The notes under the pieces: model-generated
Seen by the model: the letters and a program-made list of their open reading frames with translations, nothing else
Told to the model about the DNA's origin: nothing
The model's database searches: none
Made by a program: the position numbers and the translations under genes
Shown: positions 1-8,726 of the stretch, piece after piece
Numbering within the stretch: position 1 is the first letter of the stretch
Layout: the number at the start of each line of letters is the position of its first letter
Source: Myxococcota bacterium
GTDB lineage: Bacteria > Myxococcota > Myxococcia > Myxococcales > Myxococcaceae
Assembly: GCA_049322255.1 (NCBI GenBank)
Contig: JBMORE010000170.1
Span: 1-61,171 of the forward strand
Reading direction: 5' to 3'
DNA length: 61,171 bases

Positions 1-402
1 CACGCATGGGTCGCCGCGCTTTCGATGTTGCTTCTGCCCGCAGCGGCGCTGGCCGACCACGAGGAAGACTTCCTCGACGACTTCCGCCGGCAAGGTCACG
101 TACACACCTCGAGCTGCAACCATGTCGCCAGCCCGGTTCCTCCGGGGCAGCCCACCCAGTACGGTCGCTACGAGCTGCAGACCAACCAGAAGTGGGTCCC
201 CGGGCGTTATGAGCAGGTCTGGGTGCCGCGTGTCTGCCGCAAGGGCCATCATCGCCGGCCACACCACGGCGGGCGCTGCTGGGGCGGTCACTACGAGCAG
301 CAGTGGCGCGAGGGCTACTTCCAAACGGTGCAGGAGTGGGTTTGGGTGCCCACTTCCCGGCCGGAGCCCCGCTTCGGCCTGTATGTGAGCGGCGCGTTAT
401 AG
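1..402 (+). CDS. Secreted hypothetical protein with WVPG/YEQxW (YXWGXW-like) repeats; 5' end lies outside the window
   Basis: Frame open from base 1 (HAWVAALSMLLLPAAALA|DHEE, signal-peptide-like); KWVPGRYEQVWVP, GHYEQQW, EWVWVP repeats; stop at 400-402. Confidence 0.7.
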   Translation, partial: HAWVAALSMLLLPAAALADHEEDFLDDFRRQGHVHTSSCNHVASPVPPGQPTQYGRYELQTNQKWVPGRYEQVWVPRVCRKGHHRRPHHGGRCWGGHYEQQWREGYFQTVQEWVWVPTSRPEPRFGLYVSGAL

Positions 403-422
403 GCCCCCTTCCGGCGCGCCCG

Positions 423-459
423 GCGCCTCGGCCCTGTTGCGGCCGGGGCGCTTTTTTTT
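423..459 (+). terminator. Rho-independent terminator
   Basis: Stem GCGCCTCGGCC (423-433) pairs with GGCCGGGGCGC (441-451, one G-U), followed by T8. Confidence 0.85.
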
Positions 460-516
460 CCGCGAGCTGGTCGAGTCGAAGCCCTGGCCGGGCGGGCGAG
501 GTAGAGTAGGCGGCGG

Positions 517-2484
517 TTGCCCGTGGCGCTCGCCCGCAAAAAGAAGGTGGTGGTAGTGCCGGCGCGCTCCGCGTTGCGTGAAGGGGTGGGTCGCGCCCTC
601 GACGCTTTCGGCGCCGAAGCGGTGGACGCCTCCGGTGGCGCGGAGGCCGAGCTGGCGGTAGTGGACTTCACCGACCCCGACGGGCCGGCCGCCTTCGAGG
701 CTTTGCGCTCCCGGCCGGGTGGGCTTGCCTGGCCGGTGATCGGCATCTTGCCGCCGTCGGTGGCCGCGGTGCCCGAGCTGGCCGACTTCGTCTCCCCCGG
801 AGCCATCTCCACCGAGCTGCCCGCGCGGTTGGCGGTGGTGGCCTCCCGTCACGCCACGCTGGCCGAGGCCGCCCAGCGCGAGCGAGACCAGTCGTTGTTG
901 CTCCGGCTCACCGCCGACTACGCCGAGGCCACGGACGTCGCCGAGCTGCTTCATGACGTCACCCGCCGCCTGGCGGAGGAGATGGGCATCATCCGCGCCT
1001 CCCTGGTGGTGGTGGACGAGGCCCAGGGTGCGGGGTTCGTGGTCGCGGCCAGCGACGACGCGTTGGTGAAAGACTTGCGCATCGAGCTGGCCCGCTACCC
1101 GGAGATTCGCGAGGTGGTGCGCACCGGCAAGCCGGTCATCATCGAGGACGCCCCCACCCACCCGCTGCTCGAAGGGGTGCAGGGGGCGGTGGCGGCGCGC
1201 GGCATCCAGAACATCGCCGCGGTGCCCCTCTCGGCGGGAGGAAAGGTGTTGGGGGTGCTCCTGCTTCGGGCCTCGGACAAGCGGAGCGCCTTCTCCCGCC
1301 GGGAAATCGATTTTCTTTCCACCGTGGCCCACGCCACCGCGGTGGCCCTGCGCAACGCCCGCAAGCTGGAGAGCATGCGCGGGCAGAGCGCGCAGGAGAA
1401 GTCGGCCCGCATCGCCGCAGAGGAGCGCGCCGCCGCGCTGCGCCGCTACGAGGCGTACTTCGCCCACCTCTCCGACGGCATCGCCATTCTCGACGAGAAG
1501 GCCTGTGTCCGCTCGATCAACCCCGCCGGTCTGCGCATGCTCGACGTGGCGGCGGAGGAAGCGGAGGGCCGGCACATCAACGCCCTCACCAACCCCACCG
1601 ACGACGGCCTGTTGCTCGACGTCTTGTGGTCGGTTTCCCGCGGGGAGCTGCGCCGGGAGGTGGACTTACAAGCGCGCACCCTGGCCGGCCGCCGGCTCAC
1701 TCTCTCAGTGTCCGCCGCGCCGCTGTCGGCGGAAGGGGGGGCGGCCATCCTCTCCTTCCGCGACGTCACCCACGCGCGCCAGCTGGCCGACGAGCTGCGT
1801 CAAACCAAGGAGTTCCTCGAGCGGCTCATCGACAGCTCGGTGGACGCCATCATCGCCTCCGACATGAAGGGCAAGGTGGTGCTCTTCAACAAGGGGGCCG
1901 AAGCCATTTGCGGCTACACCGCCGAGGAGGCGCTCACCCGTCTCCACGTGAAGGACTTGTACCCCGACGGCCAAGCCCGCGAAGTGATGGCCAAGCTGCG
2001 CAGCGACGACTTGGGAGGCAAAGGCCGTCTCACCGTTTCCCGGCAGAAAATCATCACCAAGAAGGGCGACTTGGTGCCGGTGAACATGACCGCCAGCATT
2101 CTCTACGAGGGAGGACGGGAGGTGGCCACGGTGGGCATCTTCACCGACCTGCGCGACCGCATGCAGCTGGAGCGCAAGCTCTCCGACGCCGAGACGCGGC
2201 TGGAGGAGTCGGAGAAGAACGCGGTCATCGTGGCGCTGGCCGGCACCGCCGCCCACGAGCTCAACCAGCCGCTCACCTCGGTGATGGGCTATGCCGAGCT
2301 CTTGAAACGCAAGCTCAAGGAAGAAGACTTCGCCTACCGGCCGGTGGACATCATCTACCGGGAAGCAGAACGAATGGCGGAAATCGTCCGGAAGATTGGC
2401 AAAATCACCCGGTACGAGACGAAGGCGTACGTGGGGGCGTCGAAGATTCTGGATTTGGAGAAGGCGACCTCCCATGAAGAATGA
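517..2484 (+). CDS. GAF-PAS-PAS-HisKA protein lacking the HATPase domain
   Basis: GAF (VPLSAGGKVLGVLLL), two PAS (SDGIAILD, SVDAIIASD...FNKGAE), H-box AHELNQPL; ends about 70 aa later without N/G1/F/G2 boxes; start codon uncertain. Confidence 0.85.
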   Translation: MPVALARKKKVVVVPARSALREGVGRALDAFGAEAVDASGGAEAELAVVDFTDPDGPAAFEALRSRPGGLAWPVIGILPPSVAAVPELADFVSPGAISTELPARLAVVASRHATLAEAAQRERDQSLLLRLTADYAEATDVAELLHDVTRRLAEEMGIIRASLVVVDEAQGAGFVVAASDDALVKDLRIELARYPEIREVVRTGKPVIIEDAPTHPLLEGVQGAVAARGIQNIAAVPLSAGGKVLGVLLLRASDKRSAFSRREIDFLSTVAHATAVALRNARKLESMRGQSAQEKSARIAAEERAAALRRYEAYFAHLSDGIAILDEKACVRSINPAGLRMLDVAAEEAEGRHINALTNPTDDGLLLDVLWSVSRGELRREVDLQARTLAGRRLTLSVSAAPLSAEGGAAILSFRDVTHARQLADELRQTKEFLERLIDSSVDAIIASDMKGKVVLFNKGAEAICGYTAEEALTRLHVKDLYPDGQAREVMAKLRSDDLGGKGRLTVSRQKIITKKGDLVPVNMTASILYEGGREVATVGIFTDLRDRMQLERKLSDAETRLEESEKNAVIVALAGTAAHELNQPLTSVMGYAELLKRKLKEEDFAYRPVDIIYREAERMAEIVRKIGKITRYETKAYVGASKILDLEKATSHEE

Positions 2485-4408
2485 GCGGCGCAGCTCGGCG
2501 AAGAAAAAACCGGCGAGGCAGGCCCCCACCGCCGATGCCTTCGAGGCGTTCTTCGCCGCGGTGGAAACTCCCGCGGCGCTGTGCGACCCCGAGCTGACGT
2601 TGCTCACCGCCAACCCCGCCTTCGAGGCTTTGTGCGGGGTGAAGGGCGCGGCGGGTCGCAAGCTGCCCGAGCTGCTTCAAGGGGCGGAACCGGCCCCTCC
2701 CGACGGAGCCACCCGGGACATGGAGGTGGTCTGCCACAGCGGGCAGGCGGTGACGGTGACGCTCACCCGCAAGGCGGGGACGGTGGCGGTCTTCGCGCGA
2801 AACCTCTCCGAGACCGCGGCGGGCGATTCGCTGGCGGCGGCGGGAAGGGCGCTGCTCGAGCACTCCCGGGTGGAGCAGGCGTTGCTCGAGCTGGGGCGCA
2901 AAGTGGCGGGCGCCACTTCTGAAGAAGAGCTCATCGCCGTGGTGGCCAAGGGAGTGCAAGGCCTCTTTCCCGGGCGCAACTTCTGCGTGCGCATCTGCGA
3001 CCAGCGCACCTCGGCCCTCACCTCGCTCTATGCCGAGGGGCAGCTGCGCGAGGGGGCGCGGGACGTCATCGTTTTGCGGCGCAGCGCGGCGGAGAAGACG
3101 CACCTTCCTGTAAAAGACCTGCCGCCCGAGCGGGTACGCGTCACCGACGAGGAGGTGCCGTTGATGTTCGTCGGCAGCGTACGCTCCATCTGCGCGCCGC
3201 TGGTGGCCTCGGGGCAGCTGTTCGGGGCCATCAACGTGGAGTACCCGCAAGGGCTCACCGCCGACTTGGTGGCCGATGACCGCATTCTCATTCAGCTCGC
3301 CAACCAAGTGGCGGTGGGGGTGCGCAACGCCAAGCTCATTGACGAGCTCACCTTCGTACGCAAATACCTGGAGGAGCTGCTCGAACACGCCAACGCGCTC
3401 ATCCTGGTAGTCAACCGGGAGCGGCGAGTGGTGGTGTTCAACCGCGCCCTGGCCCGACTCACCGGGTGGAGCAAGGAGGAGGTCTTAGGGCAGAACGTGC
3501 TTCAGTTCATTCCCCCCAGTGAGCAGATGCGGGTGATGCGCGTCATTGCCGCTTCCCTCAAGGGGGAGCGTGCCCACTTCGAGACGCGGGTCTTCGGCAA
3601 GCAGGGCCGCGAGGTGCGGGTGTCCTTGGCCACCTCCAGCGTGCTCACTCGTCAAGGGGAGGTGGAGGGAGTCATCGCCATCGGGCAAGACCTGACCCAG
3701 ATGAAGGAGCTGGAGGGCCGGGTCATTCAAGCGGAGAAGATGGCGTCGCTGGGCCAGCTCGCCGCCTCGGTGGTGCACGAAATCAACAACCCGATGACCG
3801 CGGTGCTCACCTACGCCGACGCGCTGTACACGCGCTCGTTGGGGCAGCCCACCTCCGGTGCGGGCGAAACGGAGAAGCTCAAGAAAATCGTCGACAACTC
3901 CGAGCGGGTGTTGCGCTTCACCCGCGACCTGGTGAGCTACGCCCGGCCCGCGCAGGACTTGCCCGAGGAGCTGGAGTTGCAAGCGGTGCTCGACACCGCG
4001 GTGGGGTTTTGCGACCACGTCTTGCGCAAGCACGGGGTGGAGGTGGTGCGTCGCTACGAGGCGGTGCCGCGGGTGGCGGCGGTGAAGGGCAACCTGGTGC
4101 AGGTGTTCGTCAACCTCGTCACCAACGCTTGTCACGCGATGCAGCCGGGCGGGCGCGTCGTCTTGGCCACCCGCCGGGAGGAGGATGAGGTGGTGGTGGG
4201 GGTGACCGACAACGGCACCGGCATCGACCCGGCGCACCGCGAGCGCATCTTCGAGCCGTTCTTCACCACCAAGCCCGACGGCAAAGGCACCGGGCTGGGG
4301 CTGTCCATCGTGGCCAACATCGTGGAGAAGCACGGGGGCCGCATCGAGGTGGAAAGCGAGGTGGGCCAAGGCACCACCTTCGTCATTCGCCTGCCGGTGC
4401 AGGAGTAG
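2474..4408 (+). CDS. PAS/GAF/PAS sensor histidine kinase
   Basis: H-box VHEINNPM, NLVTNACHAM, DNGTGI, FEPFFTTK, GTGLGLSI; ATG 2474 overlaps the upstream stop. Confidence 0.92.
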   Translation: MKNERRSSAKKKPARQAPTADAFEAFFAAVETPAALCDPELTLLTANPAFEALCGVKGAAGRKLPELLQGAEPAPPDGATRDMEVVCHSGQAVTVTLTRKAGTVAVFARNLSETAAGDSLAAAGRALLEHSRVEQALLELGRKVAGATSEEELIAVVAKGVQGLFPGRNFCVRICDQRTSALTSLYAEGQLREGARDVIVLRRSAAEKTHLPVKDLPPERVRVTDEEVPLMFVGSVRSICAPLVASGQLFGAINVEYPQGLTADLVADDRILIQLANQVAVGVRNAKLIDELTFVRKYLEELLEHANALILVVNRERRVVVFNRALARLTGWSKEEVLGQNVLQFIPPSEQMRVMRVIAASLKGERAHFETRVFGKQGREVRVSLATSSVLTRQGEVEGVIAIGQDLTQMKELEGRVIQAEKMASLGQLAASVVHEINNPMTAVLTYADALYTRSLGQPTSGAGETEKLKKIVDNSERVLRFTRDLVSYARPAQDLPEELELQAVLDTAVGFCDHVLRKHGVEVVRRYEAVPRVAAVKGNLVQVFVNLVTNACHAMQPGGRVVLATRREEDEVVVGVTDNGTGIDPAHRERIFEPFFTTKPDGKGTGLGLSIVANIVEKHGGRIEVESEVGQGTTFVIRLPVQE

Positions 4409-4415
4409 GCTACCG

Positions 4416-4449
4416 CCCCTCGCCCCTACCTCTCCCAGCGGGAGAGGGC
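4416..4449. repeat. BoxC/REP-like palindromic repeat
   Basis: CCCCTCGCCCCTACCTCTCCCAGCGGGAGAGGGC between convergent genes. Confidence 0.7.
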
Positions 4450-4454
4450 GCCGT

Positions 4455-5264
4455 TCAATCCTCGTCGAGCTCGGCGAGGAACTCCTCCTTGGTGAGCAGC
4501 CCCTTGCGCGCCATCAGACGCATCAGGGCCCAGAATTTGCGCTCGAGCTTTTCCACCTCGCCGTCCTCGCCAGCTTCCCCGAAGAGGTAGTCGAGGTCCT
4601 TGGCCACCGAGGACGCCGGCTTTGCGGCACTTCGACGTTGGCGACGCTGCGCCTCACGCTTCTGGATGAGCTCGGCCAGCGCAGTGCGCTCGGATTTCTC
4701 CTCGGGGGGTAGCTCTTCCCCGACGATGATGTCACCTTCCTCGGGCTTGGCTTCGGTGTCCACCACCCGCACCCCGCCGCCACGCGCCACCAGGGTCATC
4801 TTCCCCTCGGGCGCATCGTCGGGGGCCACCTTGTGGTAGTAGCGCAAGATGGCGGCGCGAATCGCCGAGAGGGGCGCCAGGCTGGGCACCACCTTGAGGC
4901 CGGTGGTGAACTCGATTTCCTCGATGGCCGGTACATTGAGTGGGTCGCTCATCGCCACGCAAAGCTGCCGCCGCCCCCTTGTGCCCTCCAGCTTGTAAGG
5001 GAAGAGGTCGTTCGATTCGCAAAAGCGGGCGCGCAAGGTGTGCACCGCGCTCCAGTCAGGGCTCGTCTTCCTCAGGTCGACCAGCGGGATGCCCAGCGCC
5101 TCGGAGAGGACTTGGGCCAGCTGCTCTTCAGTGACGAAACCCTTGTGAATCAGCGCCACCCCCAGGCGCTGCCGGGTGGTGCGGTGGTGGGCGAGGCCCT
5201 CCTCGAGCTGGTCGGCGGTGATGACCTGACGTTCGAGGAGCAGCTCGCCAATTCGCTTGCGCAT
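4455..5264 (-). CDS. MshEN (GspE N-terminal) domain protein without an ATPase domain; putative c-di-GMP receptor
   Basis: Tandem RIGELLLERQVIT...QL / RLGVALIHKGFVTEEQL motifs, VAMSDPLN; AAAGGAG RBS before ATG 5264. Confidence 0.85.
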   Translation of the reverse strand: MRKRIGELLLERQVITADQLEEGLAHHRTTRQRLGVALIHKGFVTEEQLAQVLSEALGIPLVDLRKTSPDWSAVHTLRARFCESNDLFPYKLEGTRGRRQLCVAMSDPLNVPAIEEIEFTTGLKVVPSLAPLSAIRAAILRYYHKVAPDDAPEGKMTLVARGGGVRVVDTEAKPEEGDIIVGEELPPEEKSERTALAELIQKREAQRRQRRSAAKPASSVAKDLDYLFGEAGEDGEVEKLERKFWALMRLMARKGLLTKEEFLAELDED

Positions 5265-5475
5265 GCAGGCTGGCTCCTTTAGCACGCGACTGTCCGAAAC
5301 GGCTTCAGTTTGCGCGGAGCTCGAACAAGCGTCGCTTGCCTTGACACCTTTTTTTTCACCACTGTAGAGTCCGCCGACTTTTTCCAAATCCTGATCCGAC
5401 CCGCTTTAGGAGCGCCGTCGACATTCAGGTGCCGCGACTGATAACGGTCCGAGCCGAACCGGAGGCGACACGAAC

Positions 5476-6219
5476 ATGAACCTGGGGCAAGTAGACCTGT
5501 TGGCCAAGACGTTGCTCGCGCAGCATGGTGGGTCGGGTGACGGCTCCTTTTTCGATGAGGTCGCGCGCCGCTGGGTGGCGGGTGACTGGGGCATGTACCC
5601 CATCGCGCTGTGCCTGGTGATTGCACTGGCAATCATGGTGGAGCGGACCATCGTGTTGTTCTTCTCTGCCTCCATCAACAAGGAGGGCTTCCTCCGCGGG
5701 CTGAAGAAGCACATCTACTCGGGCGATTTGGACAAGGCCATCAACTACGTCGCCGGCCAGAAGCCCACCCCGCTCACCAACGTCATCAAGGCGGGGCTGA
5801 TGAACGTGCCCAAGGGCGAGGAGGAAGTGCAGGCGGCGCTCGACGAGGCCTCGCTGCGGGAGACTCCGCGCCTGGAGGCCCGTACCGGCTACCTGGCGAT
5901 GCTCGGCAACGCGGCGATGCTCGCCGGCCTGCTCGGCACCGTGTCGGGTCTGATTCGCTGCTTCGAAGCGGTGGCTACGGTGAACCCGGCGGACAAGGCC
6001 ACCATTCTCGCCGCCGGTATCTCGGAAGCGATGAACTGCACCGGCTTTGGGCTGCTCACCGCCATTCCCGCGCTGGTGGCGTTCTCCATCTTGATGGGCC
6101 GCACCCAGTCGCTCATCAACGACATCAACGAGACCTCGGTCTCGGTGCTCAACCTCATCGTCTCCAACCGCGACAAGTTCAAGGGCGCCACCATCTCGGC
6201 CTCGCGCGACGACGAGTAG
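5476..6219 (+). CDS. aglR: Gliding motor subunit AglR (MotA/TolQ/ExbB family)
   Basis: LAMLGNAAMLAGLLGTVSGLI and GISEAMNCTGFGL; followed by two ExbD-like genes; resembles M. xanthus AglR as recalled. Confidence 0.9.
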   Translation: MNLGQVDLLAKTLLAQHGGSGDGSFFDEVARRWVAGDWGMYPIALCLVIALAIMVERTIVLFFSASINKEGFLRGLKKHIYSGDLDKAINYVAGQKPTPLTNVIKAGLMNVPKGEEEVQAALDEASLRETPRLEARTGYLAMLGNAAMLAGLLGTVSGLIRCFEAVATVNPADKATILAAGISEAMNCTGFGLLTAIPALVAFSILMGRTQSLINDINETSVSVLNLIVSNRDKFKGATISASRDDE

Positions 6220-6339
6220 GGCTGGCTCGAACGGTTTTGGATCCGCGGGGTGCGGCACAAACAGGCCCTGCGGCGGAACCGGCCGAGGCAAGAGGCTGTC
6301 GAGTGCAATTGGGGTAGGCGTTAGAAAAGGAGTGAGTCC

Positions 6340-6825
6340 ATGGCCGGCGGTATGGATCTCGGGCAGGGTGGCAAGGGTGGCAAAAAGCCGCTCGACACTG
6401 CCATCAACCTGGTGCCGTTCATCGACCTGATGGCGGTGACCATCAGCTTCCTCATCATGACCGCGGTGTGGACGCAGATTGGTCGCCTTCAAGTCTCGCA
6501 GGCCGGCGGCCCCTCCGACCCCAACAAGCAGGAGGAGGAGCAGAAGACAGTTCCTTTGAACTTGCTCATCACCGACAAGGAGCTGCGCCTCACCGCCGGA
6601 GGCAGTGCCTTCGACCCCATTCCCTTCACCCGAGACAGCAAGGGCAAGCTCGACCTGGCCAAGCTGACGGCGAAAATCAAAGAGCTGAAGACCCAGCTGC
6701 CCGACCAGAGCGCCATCACTCTGCAGACAGAAGACGCGGTGCGCTACGAAGACCTGGTGCGGATCATCGACGAGTGCATCGGCTCGGGGCTGCCCAACGT
6801 CTCGGTATCTCCGGCGATGGGCTAA
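6340..6825 (+). CDS. aglQ: Gliding motor subunit AglQ (TolR/ExbD family)
   Basis: INLVPFIDLMAV with Asp29, equivalent to the essential AglQ D28. Confidence 0.9.
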   Translation: MAGGMDLGQGGKGGKKPLDTAINLVPFIDLMAVTISFLIMTAVWTQIGRLQVSQAGGPSDPNKQEEEQKTVPLNLLITDKELRLTAGGSAFDPIPFTRDSKGKLDLAKLTAKIKELKTQLPDQSAITLQTEDAVRYEDLVRIIDECIGSGLPNVSVSPAMG

Positions 6826-6859
6826 AAGCCCTTTGCGAGAAAGGTTCTAGGAAGAAACC

Positions 6860-7438
6860 ATGCCCATCAAGGTTCCCGGCAAGCGGTTCGGCAAGCGCCT
6901 CGAGCACTCCAAGGTGTTCGGCCACGGCGGCGCCCACAAGAAGAGCGGCTACGCCGACCTGCTCATCACCCCGCTGGTCGACATGTTCGTCATCATCGTG
7001 CTCTTCCTCATCGCCAACTTCTCGGCGACCGGCGAGGTGCTGATGATGACCAAGGACGTGCAGCTGCCCGAGGCGGTCAACGTCAAAGAAATCGAGCTGG
7101 TGCCGGTGGTGATGATTTCCAACGAGCAGGTCATCGTCTCCGGCAACGTCATCGGCCGGGTGGAGGACCTCTCCCGGGAGGACTACCTCAACATCCCCGC
7201 GTTGGAAGAGAAGCTGCGCGACTTGAAGAAGCAGTACGAAGACCTGCACGCGGTGGCCAAGGACGGCTCGGGCTTCAAGGGCGATGTCAACATCCAGGCC
7301 AACAAGGACGTGCAGTTCAAAATCATCAAGCGGGTGATGTTCAGCTGCGCCACTGCGGGCTACTCGAACATCAACTTCGCGGTGCTCAGCAAGGGTGAAG
7401 CGGGAGCTGAGACGCCCGCCGCCGCGGCCACGCCGTAG
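6860..7438 (+). CDS. aglS: Gliding motor subunit AglS (TolR/ExbD family)
   Basis: LITPLVDMFVIIV with Asp41, the same position as AglS D41. Confidence 0.9.
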   Translation: MPIKVPGKRFGKRLEHSKVFGHGGAHKKSGYADLLITPLVDMFVIIVLFLIANFSATGEVLMMTKDVQLPEAVNVKEIELVPVVMISNEQVIVSGNVIGRVEDLSREDYLNIPALEEKLRDLKKQYEDLHAVAKDGSGFKGDVNIQANKDVQFKIIKRVMFSCATAGYSNINFAVLSKGEAGAETPAAAATP

Positions 7439-7478
7439 CAGCTGGGGCTGTCAGTCAGCGAATGAACCACTGAGAAGC

Positions 7479-7600
7479 CGGGAGCGTTTGCGGGAACGAG
7501 GTCGGTGATCGGGCACGTCGCACGCGACCGGACACGTGACCCGCCATCGTGAGCCGTACACGTCCCCGATGCCCGCAAACGCTCCCGCTCCCGCTCCCGG
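7479..7600. repeat. Long intergenic inverted repeat with tandem GCTCCC hexamers
   Basis: Perfect 16-bp IR 7479-7494/7572-7587; inner 11-bp IR 7508-7518/7560-7570 (1 mismatch); (GCTCCC)3 at 7581-7598. Confidence 0.8.
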
Positions 7601-7633
7601 TTGTTTCGGGTACGAGGCTTGGCTACGAGGCCT

Positions 7634-7855
7634 TTAGCTCGCACGCAGGAAGGCGCGCTCTTTCACTTCGCCCCGGTGGTAGGCGGTGCCCGCGGCGATG
7701 AGGTGGCAGACCCAGCCCAAGAGCCCGCCAGAGCCAATCCAAAAGCCGGGGGTGATGATGAGCCAGAACAGACCGCGCAAGATGTCCCCGTTGTAGATTT
7801 GTCCCACCCCAGGGACGACGAAAGACAACAGGGCAGCCACGCCAGGTCGGGACAT
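7634..7855 (-). CDS. Small TM2-like membrane protein (73 aa)
   Basis: AALLSFVVPGVGQIYNG motif; GAGGAGG RBS. Confidence 0.8.
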   Translation of the reverse strand: MSRPGVAALLSFVVPGVGQIYNGDILRGLFWLIITPGFWIGSGGLLGWVCHLIAAGTAYHRGEVKERAFLRAS

Positions 7856-8044
7856 TTGTTGGTGCAACCTCCTCGAAACAGTCTCTACGGAACGGGCGGA
7901 GGTTGATTGCATTCGTCTCGGTGCGTCAAAGCATTCGCGGGGCGCACTGAATGCGCGGGTGGCCAAGGGCGTTGACGTCCACAAGTGAGGAAGTCGGTTT
8001 TTTTGCGCTGGGCGTGGAGAAAAAGAGTGCCTAGTTTCCTGGCG

Positions 8045-8707
8045 ATGAAATGGGCCGCAGGTCAGCGAGCGCTGTTCGCCCTCCTCGCCGCGGGGCTTTG
8101 TCTGCCGGCCGCCGCCGACGAGCCCAGCTGGGAGGTGGTGGCCACCGGCGCCATCACCGTCAAGTCGCGGGCCCGCCCGGGCTCGAACATCAAGGAGATT
8201 TGGGCCGAGGGCGAAATCAACGCTCCGGTGGCCGACATCCAGGCGGCGCTGATGAACCCCGACCGCTTCCCCACCTTCATGCCCTACGTGAAGGAAGCGC
8301 GGGAGGTGGGGCGGCCCGAAGCCGACGGCAGCCGTTACGTCTACACCCGGCTCGATTTGCCCTTGGTGGCGCCGCGCGACTACGTGCTCAAGGTGAAGCT
8401 GGTGGAGGGCGTCGACGGCGAGGGCAAGGGCACCTTTCGCAACCACTGGGTGGCGGCCTCCAACTACCTACCCAAGCGCGCGAACATCGTGCGGCTCCAG
8501 GTGAACGAGGGCAGCTGGGTGGTGCGCCCCGTGGGGGACGGCGCGAAAAGCTGGGCGGTGTACAAGTTCACCGTCGACCCCGGAGGGTGGATTCCCGCCT
8601 TCGCCGCCGACATGGGCAACAAAAGCGGCGTCACCGACACCTTCAAGGCGGTGGAGAAGGAAGCCTCGCGGCGGTGCCAGGAGCGCAAGGCGAACGGCGC
8701 CCGCTAA
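8045..8707 (+). CDS. Secreted [11 protein letters not shown] domain protein
   Basis: Signal peptide; LDLPLVAPRDYV and DPGGWIPAF motifs. Confidence 0.8.
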   Translation: MKWAAGQRALFALLAAGLCLPAAADEPSWEVVATGAITVKSRARPGSNIKEIWAEGEINAPVADIQAALMNPDRFPTFMPYVKEAREVGRPEADGSRYVYTRLDLPLVAPRDYVLKVKLVEGVDGEGKGTFRNHWVAASNYLPKRANIVRLQVNEGSWVVRPVGDGAKSWAVYKFTVDPGGWIPAFAADMGNKSGVTDTFKAVEKEASRRCQERKANGAR

Positions 8708-8726
8708 ACGCTCGCCCGCGGCTAGG

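Noticed and set aside
397..1575. Long antisense ORFs (also 50469-52877, 22087-23568, 34536-36107 and others)
   Set aside because: Shadow ORFs of high-GC genes with no motifs; the opposite strand has clear genes.
5476..7438. ExbB-ExbD-ExbD trio as a novel TonB/Tol system
   Set aside because: It matches the known AglRQS gliding motor.
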